From: Mobula birostris
Taxonomy: Eukaryota
Assembly (NCBI RefSeq): GCF_030028105.1
Contig: NC_092381.1
Location: 83,602,505-83,666,504 of the forward strand
Direction of reading: 5' to 3'
Length of the DNA stretch: 64,000 bases
The notes below the pieces were generated by a model that saw only the letters and a program-made list of their open reading frames with translations, did not search any database and had not been told where the DNA came from. Positions 26,633-39,109 of the stretch are shown piece by piece (within the stretch, counting starts at the first letter, position 1; each line of letters begins with the position of its first letter). Made by a program: the position numbers and the translations under genes.

Positions 26633-26779
26633 TTTTTTTTTGCGCCTAGTGATTTTTCTTTCTTTCTATCACTTTCTAAGATGTTGCTGATTTTTTTTAA
26701 CCTCTTATCTGCTGTAATGTCTGACATGGTGTAAAGTACTGTTGAACCTAGGGTGATACAGAACAGAAACATGTTCTTT

Positions 26780-27132
26780 ACCAGTCCCAATCGCCTTTTC
26801 CCTCTCTCACCCCATCTCCTTGTCTGCCCTTCGCCACCTCTGGTGCTCCTCCTTCCTTTTCGTTCTTCCACGGCCTTCTGTCCTCTCCTGTTTGATTCCC
26901 TCCCACCTTCTCCAGCCCTGTATCTCTTTCACCAATCGACTTCCCAACTTGACCCCTCCACCTCCCGGTTTTAACTATCACCTTGTGTTCCCCCCCCCCC
27001 CCCACCTTTTAACTCTACTCCTCATCTTTTTTTCTCCAGTCCTGCTGAAGAGTCTCGTTCCCGAAACATCGACTACTCTTTTTCATCGATGCTGCCTGGC
27101 CGGCTGAGTTCCTCCAGCATTTTGTGTGTGTT
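26780..27132 (+). mobile_element. Penelope-like element 3' end / pseudo-LTR with degenerate hammerhead motif; second copy at ~41615-41936
   Basis: Pyrimidine-rich repeat ending cagtc-CTGCTGA...GAAACATC-gacta...gatgctgcctggcc..ctgagttcctccagcattttgtgtgtg. Confidence 0.7.
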
Positions 27133-28021
27133 TTTCAGCCCAACTAGTCCATGCTGACCAAGACTCCCCATCCAAGCTAGTCCCATTTGCTAGTGTTTGG
27201 CCCATAACCTTCTAAACCTTCACAACCCATGTATCTTTACAATTGTCTTTTAAATGTTGTTACTTTACCTGAGTCAGTCACTTTTTCTGGCAGCTAATTC
27301 CACATACTACATGCCACCTTTTTGTTGCCCCTCAAGTTTCGATTGAATTTTCTCCTCTCTTACCTTAAACCTACGCCCTCTTAGAGTACTGTCTACAGCG
27401 CTGGTGGCTGTTATAGGAAAGATGTGGTTAAATGGAAGACATTTGCAAGGATGTTGCTGGGACTAGATTGCCTGAGTTTAAGGAGAGGTTGGCCAGGCTA
27501 AGTCTTGATTCCTTGGAATGTTTAAAATTATGAGAAGCATAGGCAAGATGGTTGAGAGGTGAATAAGTACTAAAGACTGGAGCTGATCAACTGGCTAGAG
27601 TGTTCACCGATATCTTTAACACCTTGCTTTGGCATTCTGAGGTACCCACCTGCTTCAAGCAGGCTGCAATTATACTGGTGCCTAAGAAGAACATAGTAAC
27701 CTGCCTCAATGACTATCATCCAGTAGCACTGACATCCAATATGATGAAGTCCTTTGAGAAGTTGATGAGGAAGCGTACCAACTCCTGCCTGAGAAGTGAC
27801 TTGGATCTGGCACAACAGGTCCACAGCAGATGCCATTTTGTTGGCTCTTCACTCGACCCGGTACGATCTGGACTGCGAAGGATGCTCTTCATCGACTACA
27901 GCTTAGCTTTCAATACTATCATCCTCTCAAAAATATTCAATAAGCTTCAATTGGCCTCAATACCTCCTTGTGCAATTTGATCCCTGATTTCATCACTTGC
28001 AGATCCCAGTCAGTTTATATT

Positions 28022-28304
28022 AAAATCTGTCACGAGCCTTGTGGCCCTTTAGTCTGGTGCTTATGCCGGTTTCCATGGTGTGAAGCGACTGAGAGTATGA
28101 GACACCCCCCTGGATAGGACGCCAGTCTATCACGAGTTTTTAACCCCCAGCATTTTTGCGGGTACTCATTCTCAGCTGGGTAGACTGGAGCATTGTATGG
28201 TTAAGCGCCTTGCTCAAGGACACACATGCTACCTCAGCCGAGGCTCGAACCCACGACCTTCAGATTGCTAGTCCAGCGCCCTAACCACTTGGCTACATGC
28301 CACA
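28022..28304 (-). mobile_element. tRNA-derived SINE with CORE-like central domain and 15-bp TSD
   Basis: CAGTCAGTTTATATT at 28007-28021 and 28305-28319; A and B boxes on the minus strand; same family as 43994-44296. Confidence 0.88.
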
Positions 28305-28391
28305 CAGTCAGTTTATATTGGCAAAAACATTTCCTGCAAAATTTTCATTGGCACAGGTGCACTTCATGGCTGTGTGCTTTGCCCCCTACTC

Positions 28392-29132
28392 CAGGGGTCC
28401 CCAACCTTTTTTGCACCGCGGACCGGTTTAATATTGACAATATTCTTGCCGACCGGTGGGGGGGGGCGGTGGTGTGCAAGTAGAGTTAAACTCACCTCAA
28501 CATGTCTTTTACAGTTAGGGTTGCCAACTTTCTCACTCCCAAATAAGGGACAAAAGTAGCAGTCGAATCCCGGGACACTTTACCCCCAGAAAGACTACCA
28601 TGACCATGAAGCCTTACGCGGCACCTGTGTGCGCATGCGCGTTAATGCCGATTTTTTTTTTCCCACAAATCGATTTTGCCTTCATCTTCCTGACTATACT
28701 GTACATACATTATTTCTACTTTATATAGGCTGTGTATTTATCATATCATTCCTGCTTTTACTATATGTTAGTGTTATTTATTTTCGCTGTTATTTGGTAT
28801 GATTTGTTAGGTTATTTTTGGGTCTAGGTACGCTCAAAAAATTTTCCCATATAAATTAATGGTAATTGCTTCTTCGCTTCATGCCATTTTGGCACAAAAG
28901 GTTTCATGGGAATGCTCTACCTTAAGGGGGGAAATATGGGACAAACCAATTTAGCCCAATATGCAGGATGTCCCGGCACATACGGGACAGTTGGCAACCC
29001 TATGTTCAAGTTCAACAGTGCGTAACAGGGAAAGGGAAAAGGTGCAGCTGACTCATATTGCTTCCTCACGGTCTGGTAGCACAGGCTTTGCGGCCTAGTA
29101 CCAGTCCACAGCCCGGTGGTTGGGTACCGCTG
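28392..29132. mobile_element. Non-autonomous hAT element with 8-bp TSD, containing an inner TAGGGTTGCCAAC...GTTGGCAACCCTA module (28516-29002)
   Basis: CCCTACTC at 28384-28391 and 29133-29140; imperfect 15-bp terminal inverted repeats. Confidence 0.88.
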
Positions 29133-29849
29133 CCCTACTCAACTCATTTTATACTTATGATTGTGAAGCTAAGCACAGCTCCAAAGCCATATTTAATTTT
29201 GCTAATGGCACCACTGTCATTGGACGAATCAGCATATAGGAGGGAGATTGAAAATCTGGCTGAGTGGTGCCACGACAACAACCTTTTACTCATGACCAAG
29301 TTGATTATTGGCTTCAGGAGGAGGAAGCCAGAGGTTCTTGAGCCAGTCCTCCTCAGTTGATCGGAGGCGGAGAGGGTCAGCAATTTTAAATTTGTTGGTG
29401 TGATTATTTCGTAGTATCTGTCTTGAGTCCAGCGTGTAAATGCCATTACAATGAAAGCACACCAGAGCCTCTACTTCCTTAGAAGTTTGTGAAGATTTGG
29501 CATGTCATCTAAAACTTTGACAAACTTCTAACAGGGTAGGGGAGTCCAAAACTATCAGGTATAAGTTTAGAATGAAAGGGGAAAGGTTTAAAAGGGACTT
29601 GAGGGATAAGTTTTTCACATAGTGGGTGGTGAATGAATGGAATAAACTTCCAGAAGAAGCGGTTAAGGCAAGTACAATAGAATCAAATACGAAGCAGTTG
29701 AATAGGTATAGGAGGGGCAGGCTTAGAATGATATGGGTTGAACATTGGAAATTGGGAGTAGCTAGATGGCCACTGTGTTTGGCATGGACTCACTGGTCTG
29801 AAGGCCCTGTATCTATGCTGTATTGCTCTTGATTCTCTATCCCAGCTCT

Positions 29850-32800
29850 GAGATTCAGCAGGGAAGGGAAGAGCGGAAGTGAAAGGAGACGCGATAGTTT
29901 GGGGGACGGATAGGACATCCTGTGGCTACAAAACAGAAGGTAGGGTGGTGTATTGCCTTACAGGTGCAAGGCTCCAGGATGTCTCAGAGCGGCTGCAGAA
30001 GATTCTTGGGTGGGAGCATGAGTAGCCAGAGGTTGTGTACATTGACACCAATGACATAGGTAGAAAGGGGGAAGAGGTCCTGTGCAGTTAGTATGGGGGA
30101 TGAGGGAAGAGGCTGAAGAGCAGGTCCTCCCAGGTAGTAATCTCTCGATTACTCCCAGTACCATGTGCTAGTCAGAGCAGGGATAGGTTGATAGTACAGA
30201 TGAATGAGTGGCTGAAAGTAGTGCAGGGATGCAGATTTCTGGATCATTGGGATTTCTTCTGGGGAGGGTATAACCTGTACAAAAGGGAGTTGTTACACCT
30301 GGACCCGAGGGGGACCAATTTCCTTGCGGGCAGGTTTGCTAGAGCTGTTGGAGAGGGTTTCAACTAATTTGGCAGGGTTATAGGAACCGGAGTGATAGGG
30401 TTGAGGTTGGGCCAGTTGGTATGTAAGTAGATGCAGTGTGTCGTGGGAAGGACAGGCAGATGATAGGGAAATATTGCAGTCAGTAGGATGAGTTGAAGTG
30501 TAACATGGGGGCAAAATTGAAAAGGGTGATGAATACAGGATGAAGGTATTTTTGAATGTACAGAGCCATAATCTCCAAATATCCAGACCTGCCTCTCGGT
30601 TTGTTTGCACTACCTTACTTTCCCTTTTCTATTTTCTATTTATGATTTATAATTTAAATTTTTCATATTTACTATCTATTTGTACTCCAGGGAGCACAAA
30701 GAGCAGCAACAAATATCACTGTGATGATTGTACGCTCTAGTATCAATTGTTTGGCGACAATAAAATATAAAGTAAAGTATACAGAATAAAGTAAATGATC
30801 TTATAGTGCAGTTAGACATCGTTAGGTATGATGTTGTGGGCATCACTGTTGTGGCTGAAAGGAGATCATAATTGTGAGCTGAACATCCAAGGATATGCAT
30901 TGTTTTTAAAGGACAGGCAGAGGGGGTGGGTTAGTTCTGTTGGTAAAAAAAAAATGAAATTAAATCCTTAGAAAGATAGGATCGGAATATGTAGAAACTT
31001 TGTAGGTAGAGTTAATAAACTGCAAAGGTTAAGAAGTCCCTGATGAGAGTTATATACAAGCCTGCAAATAGTAGCCAGGACGTGGGATATAAGTTTCAAT
31101 GGGAAATAGGAAAGGCATGTAATAAGGACAATGTTACGATGGTCATGGGTGATTTCAATCTGCAGGTAGATTGGGAAAATTTGGTTGGTGCTGGATCCCA
31201 AGAGAGGGAATTTGTAGAATGCATACGAGATGGCTTTTTAGAGCAGCTTATGGTTGAGCCCACCAGGAGAAAGGCAATTCTGGATGGGGTGTTGTGTAGT
31301 GAACCAGATTTGATTTAGGGAGCTTAAGGTAAAGGAACCCTTGGGTGACCATAATATGGTAGAATTCACCCTACATTTTGAGAGGGAGAGGCTAAATCAG
31401 ATGTGTCATTATTATAGTGTGGTAAAGGGAATTACAAATGCTTGAGAGAGGAGCTGGCCAAAGTTCAAAATAAAACTTAGTATCAGAGTACATACATGCC
31501 GCCACATACAAAGCTGAGAATGTTTGTCTGCGGGCATATTTAGCAAATCTATAGAATGGTAACTATAAATGGGATCTGTAAACTGTAAACATCAGGAACT
31601 ATAAAGTGTAAACAAACTGTGCAAATGCAGATAATAAGTAAATAGCAATAAATAATGAGTATGAAATAACAAGAAAAAAGAGTCCTTAAATGAGAGTAGC
31701 TATGAGTAGTAGCTATCTTGAACCTGGTGGTATGGGTTTTGAGGGACTTGTACCTTCTACCTAATAGCAGCACTGAGAAAAGAGCATGGCCTGGGTGGTG
31801 AGGACCTTTGATGATGGATGCTGCTATTCTACGGCAATGTTTCATGTAGATGTGTTCAATGGGCGGGAGGGTTTAACTAATAATGTACTGGGCCAAATCC
31901 ACTACCCTTTGTAGGATTTTCCATGCAAAGGCATTGGTGTTCCCATACCAGGTTGTAATGCAGCCAGTCAGCACACATTTATCGAAGTTTTCGTGGATTT
32001 TTGATGACATGCTGAATACCTGCAGACTCCTGAGGAAGTAGAGGCGCTATCGAGCTTTCTTTGCAATTATATTTTTAGGATGGGTCCAGGATATGTCCTC
32101 TGAGACGGTGACACCCAGGAATTTGAAGATACTGACCCTCTCCTCTTCTGATCCTCCGATGGTTACTGGCTCATGGACCTTTAGTTTCTCTCTCCTGAAG
32201 TCTACAATCAATTCCTTGGTCTTACGACATTGAGCGAGAGGTTGTTGTTATGACACAACTCAGCCAAATTTTCAATCTGCCTTCTGTATGCTGATTCATC
32301 GGCACCTTTGATACTGGCCACAACAGTGGTGTCATCAGCAAACTTGTAGATAGTGTTGGAGCTCTACTTAGCCAGTCATAGATGTAAAGTGAGTAGAGCA
32401 GGGGGCTAACTACACATCTTTGTGGTGCTGCTGTGCCAATGGAGACTGTGGAGGAGGTGTTTTTGCCGATCAGAATTGACTGGGATCTACAAGTGAGGAA
32501 ATCCAGGATCCAGTTGCACAAGGGAGTATTGAGACCCAGGTCTTGGAGTTTCCTGATTCGTTCAGTGGGGATGATGGTGTTAAACTCTGGTTAGGCCACA
32601 CTTGGAGTACTGTGTCCAGTTCTGGTCACCTCACTATAGGAAGGATGTGGAAGCATTGGAAAGGGTACAGAGGAGATTTACCAGGATGCTGCCTGGTTTA
32701 GAGAGTATGCATTATGATCAGTGATTAAGGGAGCTAGGGCTTTACTCTTTGGAGAGAAGGAGGATGAGAGGAGACATGATAGAGGTGTACAAGATATTAA

Positions 32801-35128
32801 GAGGAATAGATAGAGTGGACAGCTGGCGCCTCTTCCCCATGGCACCACTGCTCAATACAAGAAGACATAGCTTTAAGGTAAGGGGTGGAAAGTTCATGGG
32901 GGATATCAGAGGAAGGTTTTTTACTCAGAGGGTGGTTGGTGCGTGGAATGCACTGCCTGAGTCAGTGGTGGAGGCAGATACACCAGTGAAATTTAAGCGA
33001 CTACTAGATGGGTAAATGGAGGAATTTAAGGTGGGGGGGCTATATGGGAGGCAGGGTTTGAGGGTCAGCACAACATTGTGGGCCAAAGGGCCTGTACTGT
33101 GCTGTACTGTTCTGTGTTCTATAAATGCCGAGCTGTAACGGATCCTGATGTATGTGTCTTTGCTGTCCAGATGTTCCAGTTGATCAGAGGAGGATAATAG
33201 CAAGGTGTTGGCAGAACAGCAATGGCTGGAATTTTGGGGGCAATTTGAGGGCACAGTATAAATTTATCCCAAAGATGAAGTGTTCTAATGGGAGGATGAA
33301 GTAACTGTGGCTGACAAGGGAAGTCAATGATAGCATAAAAGCAAAGGAGAGGGCATAGAATATAGCAAAAATTAGTGGGAAGTTAGAGGCTTGGGAAGCT
33401 TTTAAAAACTAACAGAAGGCAACAAAAAGCAGAAAAGATGAAGTATGAAGGTACGCTAGCCAATAATATCAAAGAGGATACCAAAGTTTATTTTCAGATA
33501 TATAATGTGTAAAAGAGAGGCAAGAGCGGATATGGTTCCACTGGAAAATTACACTGAAGAGGTAGTAATGGGGGACAAAGAAAAGGTGGATGAACTTAAT
33601 AAGCATTTTGCGTCAGTCTTCACTGTGGAAGCCGATGGGAGAGTGCCTGATATTCAAGAGTGTCAGGCAGAAGTAAGTGTAGTTACTATTACTAAGGAGA
33701 AGGTGCTTGGGGAAACTGAAAGGTCTGAAGGTAGATAAGTCGTTGGACTACACCTCAGGGTCCTGAAAAAAGTGGCTGAGGAGATTGTGGAGGCGTTAGT
33801 AATGAATTTTTAAGAATCACTGGATTCTGAAATGGTCCCGGAGGACTGGCAAATTGCAAATGTCACTCTTTAAGAAATGAGGAAGGGAGAAGAAAGAAAA
33901 TTATGGGCTAATTATCCTGATAGTGATAGTCAGCATGGTTTCATTCAGGGAAAATTTTCTTTGACAAATCTTTTGGAATTTTTTGAGGAAATAGCAGGCA
34001 GAATAGACAAAGAAGAGTCAGTGGATGTTGTTTACTTGGATTTTCAGAAGACCTTTGCCACACATGAGGCTGCTTAACAAGATAAGAGCCTATGGTATCA
34101 CTGGAAAGATACTAGCATGGATAGACGATTGGCTGATTGGCAGGAAGCAAAGATTCGGAAAAAGGGGGCTAATTCGGGTTGGCTGGCAGTGATATGCAGT
34201 GTTCTGCAGGGGTTGGTAATAGGACCGCTTCTTTTCACATTAATATGTCCACAGTTTGGATGACAGAATTGATGGTTTTGTGGCCAAGTTTGCAGATGTT
34301 ATAAAGATAGGTAGAGGGGCAGGCAGTATTGAGGGAGCAGATAGTCTGCAGAAGGACTTGGATAGATTGGGAGAATGGACAAAAAAGTGACAGATGGAAT
34401 ATAGTGTAGGAAAGAGTATGGTCATGCATTTTAATAGAAGGGATGAAGGTGTAGCCTATTTTCTAAACAGGGTGTAAATTCAAAATTCAGAGGTGCAAGG
34501 GGATTGGGAATCGTTGTACAGGAGTCCCTGAAGGTTAACGTGCTGGTTGAGTTGGTGGTATAGAAGGCAAATACAATGTTAGCATTCATTTTGAAAGGAC
34601 TCAAATACAACAGCAAGAACGTGATGCTGAGGCTTTATGAGGCATTGGTCAGACTGCACTTCGAGTATTGTGAGCCATTTTGGGGCCCCTTATCTAAGAA
34701 AAGGTGCACTGGCACTGGAGAATGTCCAGAGGAAGTTCACAGGAATGATTCCAGAAATGAAAGGGTTAACTTCGGAGGCATGTTTGATAGCTCTGGGCCT
34801 GTACTCACTATTTTCTTTAAAAATGAGGAGTGATGTCATTGAAACGCAGCCTCAGAATAGAGGGAGGTCCGTTTAGAACAGAGATGAGGCGGAATTACTT
34901 CAGCCAGAGGGTGGTAAATCTGTGGAATTCTTTGTCATGGACTGTTGTGGAGGCCAAGTCATTGGTATATTTAAAGCAGAGGTTGATATGCTCTTAGCTA
35001 ATTAGGCATCAAAGGTTACGGGGAAAAGGCAGGAGAATGGGGTTGTGAGGAATAATAATCAGGCATGATGGAATGGCAGAACAGACTAGATGGGCCAAGT
35101 GACCTAATTAATCTCCTATGTCTTATGG
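29850..35128 (+). mobile_element. Near full-length decayed CR1 LINE (ORF1 esterase-like remnant, APE, RT, 3' end) hosting nested insertions
   Basis: Remnants VMGDFNLQVDW, ELNKHFASVFT, QHGFIQGKFSLTNLLEFFEE and LYEALVRLHFEYC; CR1 tail tcctatgtcttatgg. Confidence 0.85.
31468..33178 (-). mobile_element. Rex1/Babar-like LINE nested in the CR1, itself split by a young CR1 3' end (~32584-33121, +)
   Basis: CNWILDFLT and AASIIKGPHHPGHALFS on the minus strand; inner ERRRMRGDMIEVYKI...FFTQRVVGAWNALP with tail tgtactgttctgtgttcta. Confidence 0.85.
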
Positions 35129-35319
35129 CAGGGGTCAGCAACCTTTTTGCCTCTGTGGGCCAGATCACGTATTAATGAGCGGATGGTGGGCCAGGTAAAT
35201 GCCATAAAAAACTTGAAATATGGGGATTATCCATTTAAATACATCTAGTTACGTTTTGCCTCAAATTAATGAATAACGTATGCTAGAAAAGCATTTGTGC
35301 TTAAGGTTGCCTACCCCTG
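35129..35319. mobile_element. hAT MITE with 8-bp TSD
   Basis: TCTTATGG at 35121-35128 and 35320-35327; ends caggggtcagcaacct / aggttgcctacccctg. Confidence 0.88.
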
Positions 35320-35773
35320 TCTTATGGTCAAAGTATGAAATGTAGCCTTGGTCCTTAAGAACCAAATGTTCCTATGTGTGCCTCTCATGATTTTATATGT
35401 CCCAAGAACTTGCGTAACAAGTTATTGGACGATAAGTAGATTGACCCAGAACGGGGAGCAAAGACATTCTCTGAACCTCTATGGTTCAAATGGATGAGAC
35501 CAAGTGGATTTCAAAGGCTGTGTCCTCAGCGTTAACTGTTGTGGTCAGTTTTGAATTTCCAACAGAGTTAAAGGGTGTGGACCCCAAATTCTCCCTACTC
35601 AAGGACTACCTTTGGTCCAGCAGTTAAAAAAACTGTCTTGTTGAAACCTATAGTCTAGTCACTCATGCAGTATATTAAGTGCCTTCTATGTGGCTGTTGT
35701 AGGGTTTGCAGTGGACAAGGGGAAGTTACCCACCGAGGACATTCTGCGTTGGTTTAATATAGCTTCCTTGTAG

Positions 35774-35973
35774 TTCCACAGGGCAGAGAAACTGAATGGA
35801 TCTTCGGAACTGACGAAGGTCGGAGACAGCTCGGCAAAACTGCTGCATTCAAACGTCTGTTGGTGGTGGCACTGCACCGTGACCAACTTTACCAGAGCAT
35901 GGATGCTATTCAGAAGGAGCTTTCGGGGAAGGTGATGGAGTTGGCTCCTTATGGACTTCCACCAGGTCAACAG
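35774..35973 (+). CDS. METTL13: METTL13 coding exon 3
   Basis: tag|(V)PQGRETEWIFGTDEGRRQL...APYGLPPGQQ|gtaact; 200 nt. Confidence 0.96.
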
Positions 35974-38009
35974 GTAACTACTTACTGCATGCATGTAAAT
36001 ATGTTGTTGAAAGTTAGAGGTCTGATGCTTCTGAGATGCAGCGTCTCCTCGATTGTCCTCTTTGCTGGTAACTAGCTTTGAGCTTGAGAGGAAAAGGGGC
36101 AAAGTTCAGTGAAATAATTTGTTAAGCGCATGGTCAGTAAATTGAGTGTTCTGATTTACTCCTCTGGCTGGTTTGCCTATTTGAGTGGTGAAGTAATTTA
36201 TCTTATCCTAGAAGTTAGTTATTGGTAATTTTTTCATCTTTTCAGAAGACATGCCCTTGAATGTCTTGGGTTCAGCAAAGTTTTCTTTTAAATTTACTGA
36301 TTTTTAAGGTTGTTAAATCACTTCTCTGCCTCCTTGCCAGCGTTTCTTCTCAGTTCTTTTCCTTGTCGGGTTCAAAGATGTTAGAAATAATCTCTTGTAA
36401 AACCAAAAGCCAGAACTACAACCATGACCTGGGTTTTTTTTTGATGAGTGAAATGTTGCACAAAGATAAATTGAATATAGTTTAAAACATGAATCCTTTT
36501 ATCCCAAGATTAAAGCAGCAAATTATCATTGTTCCCTGATCAAGAGTTCATTAGATTTAAAGTTGGGGATATTTATAGCTGATATACTATGCACTGCCAC
36601 ATAATCCGTCTTGTGGTCATATATGGTAATGACAGGAGTATCTTGGTATGGTGAGGTTTTGAATGCTATTTATAGTGGAGACGTAAATATCTTTTGTCTA
36701 TGAATGAAGAACATTCTAATGCAGTTCCAAATAAAATGCTGTATCTCCAGAACACAGAAATTATAGGTTACACTTTCTGCTGCTTTGTGATTAAAAGTCT
36801 CAGCATCTTAATATATAGTATAATCACACTTCTGTTGTCTGGAGATGTGAAGATTTCCAGACATCTTGTCTCTAATCTTGATCATCCTAGAAGGCAAGTG
36901 ACTGATGGACTATGTAATCAAGAAGATGCTTTTTGTATAATTTTCTTTCCTCCTCCTGAATTGAAGAAATTTAATAATCTCTTGTCTCTTAAATGTTAAA
37001 GCATAATAGAATCATAAACAATTTATGACATTGGCCCTCTGAGCCTCTGTTTATTGAAAATGAGTTATTCAGTCTAATCCCATCGTCCACCACCAGACTT
37101 GTGGCCCTTGTAAATCTCTTCAGGTTGACATTCAAGACCAGATTAAATGTGATGAAGGTTTCTGCATCTTCTGTTCTTTCAGGCAATAAGTTCCACATTG
37201 CTACCACCACCCTCTGGGTGAAAGAAGTTTACAAACAATAACATTGAAATATATGCCCCGTAGTTTTTGGAAGTACTTTTCTAATTCCATTGTTACCTCT
37301 TACACCTCAATTGACTCTCTCTCTGTTCCTAAGGAAACAACCCTAGTTCATTCAGTCTTTCTCATATTTACGGTTCTAGCTGTAATTTTGTTAGATTTCT
37401 AAATCCATACAAAAACTAAAGTCATTTGTTGGAGTTCTGTCTAAGGCCATTTCCCAGCTTCCAATAAGATTTTGTGAGTCCCTGCGACAACTGTGGGGTA
37501 GGGAGAGAAGAGCAACTGTCCACATTGTCTGAATTTCTCAACTGCGTTCACATTTATCATCTCCGGTTTCAGTGTGAGGTATCAAGGTTGATTGTGGGTG
37601 TTCCAGGGGAGTTGCTACCAAGCTTAACACCTGGAACTTGGTGGAACACACAAAAAGCTGGAGGAACTCAGCAGGCCAGGCAACATTTGTGGAGGGTAAC
37701 GGACAATCGCCAATTCAGATTGAGAATCTTGAGACTGTCCCAAGATACTAGGTGACATGCTGAGTTTCTCCAGCTTTTTGTGCATTGCTTCAGATTCCAG
37801 CATCTGCAGTCTCATATCCACCTGTCACTTAATTCCCAGAGTTCTGATCAAACTGTTGTTTGACTCATGATGGGTTGAATATCGCCTCATGTTTCTTTGG
37901 TGGGTGAATATTTCCAGTTAATAGCTTTTGAGCTATCTCCTGTAAGGGCTGCTGAGGTTTAAGACATGCCCTCATATCAGTATGCAGCAGTGAATACTCC
38001 ATGAACTTT

Positions 38010-38704
38010 GGTTGACTTGTTCTCTGATCTTGGCAATTTACTTGCAAAGGTTTCATCACCATCGGAGACATCATCATTATGCTGTTGATCATGTTATGTC
38101 TTTTGAATGCTTGGCCTCTATGTACTTATCAATCAGCTGATTGGTCGCCGTATCGGAAACTCAGTTGTGATGTGGGGAGGAAATCTCGTTGCTGATTGGC
38201 TGTGTGGTGAACTTCATGCATTGTGGTTAGGAATTGTTTGCATTGCCTCATAAATAGGATCAAGGTTTACGTGTTTGTCTACAGAATTGTTCGTGGAAAA
38301 ACCACGCTTCTCAGAAATCCCTTGCGTGCCGCATGTTTGATTGTGCCATGACTTGCACTGATGCCCAGTTGAATTTATGTCCCTTTCGATCTTTGTGGGT
38401 AGAGACTAGGGACAGTTGGTCATGCCACTTTACAGCCAGTTGATGTTCATGGGTCCTTGTGGATAATTTTCTCCCAGTTTGACTGAGATAATACCTGCAG
38501 CAGCCACATAGCCAATCAGCGACGAGATTTCCTCCCCACATCACAATTGAGTTTCTGAAATGGCAACCAATCAGCTGATTGGTAAGTATATAAAGGCCAA
38601 GCATTCAGTGTACACACCACAATCAGCAGTGCACTGATGATATCTCCTCATATGGTGACAAAATGTTTGCAAGTAAATTGCCAAGATCGGAGAACAGCTC
38701 AACC
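38010..38704 (-). mobile_element. 5'-truncated Penelope-like element with GIY-YIG endonuclease remnant and inverted pseudo-LTRs
   Basis: YLSQTGRKLSTRTHEH...GHKFNW...RHARDF*EAW resembles the PLE GIY-YIG C-terminus; ~200-bp inverted arms at 38010-38207 and 38502-38704. Confidence 0.85.
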
Positions 38705-38913
38705 CAACCACCAACCATCCGGGTGAGACATTTTCTGAATTACTTCCAATTCCCTGGATTTGTTGCATGTCTAGCAATGTGGTTTCCCGTTATCCACGTG
38801 CAGTGGGTTGATAGATTGACAATTTCAAGCTCTGATAGCCAAGACAGAGCTGTTGATCAATGCAGGCATGAGATTGTCTGCATTTCTGTCCTAACAACTG
38901 CATTGTTATGCAG

Positions 38914-39109
38914 GTCCCATTTCTTTCAGTTGGTGGAGATATCGGGGTTCGCACTACCCAGTATCGCGGTGTGAGTGACATTAGTGGCGAGTATGTCATT
39001 GAAGATGTAAAGGGAGAGGATGACAACTTTTACCGGCACCTGATATTCCTCAGCAACGTTAATGTGGTGCAATCGGAGGGTAAATTATTGCACAACGCTT
39101 CCAAGTCAG
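38914..39109 (+). CDS. METTL13: METTL13 coding exon 4
   Basis: cag|VPFLSVGGDIGVR...LIFLSNVNVVQSE...SKS+G|gtaacg; 196 nt. Confidence 0.96.

Larger units (their letters stand above)
27575..29530 (+). mobile_element. Degenerate Rex1/Babar-like LINE inserted in a CR1 fragment and interrupted by a SINE and a hAT element
   Basis: RT remnants CLNDYHPVALTS, LFIDYSLAFNTI and YRREIENLAEWCHDNNL. Confidence 0.8.
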
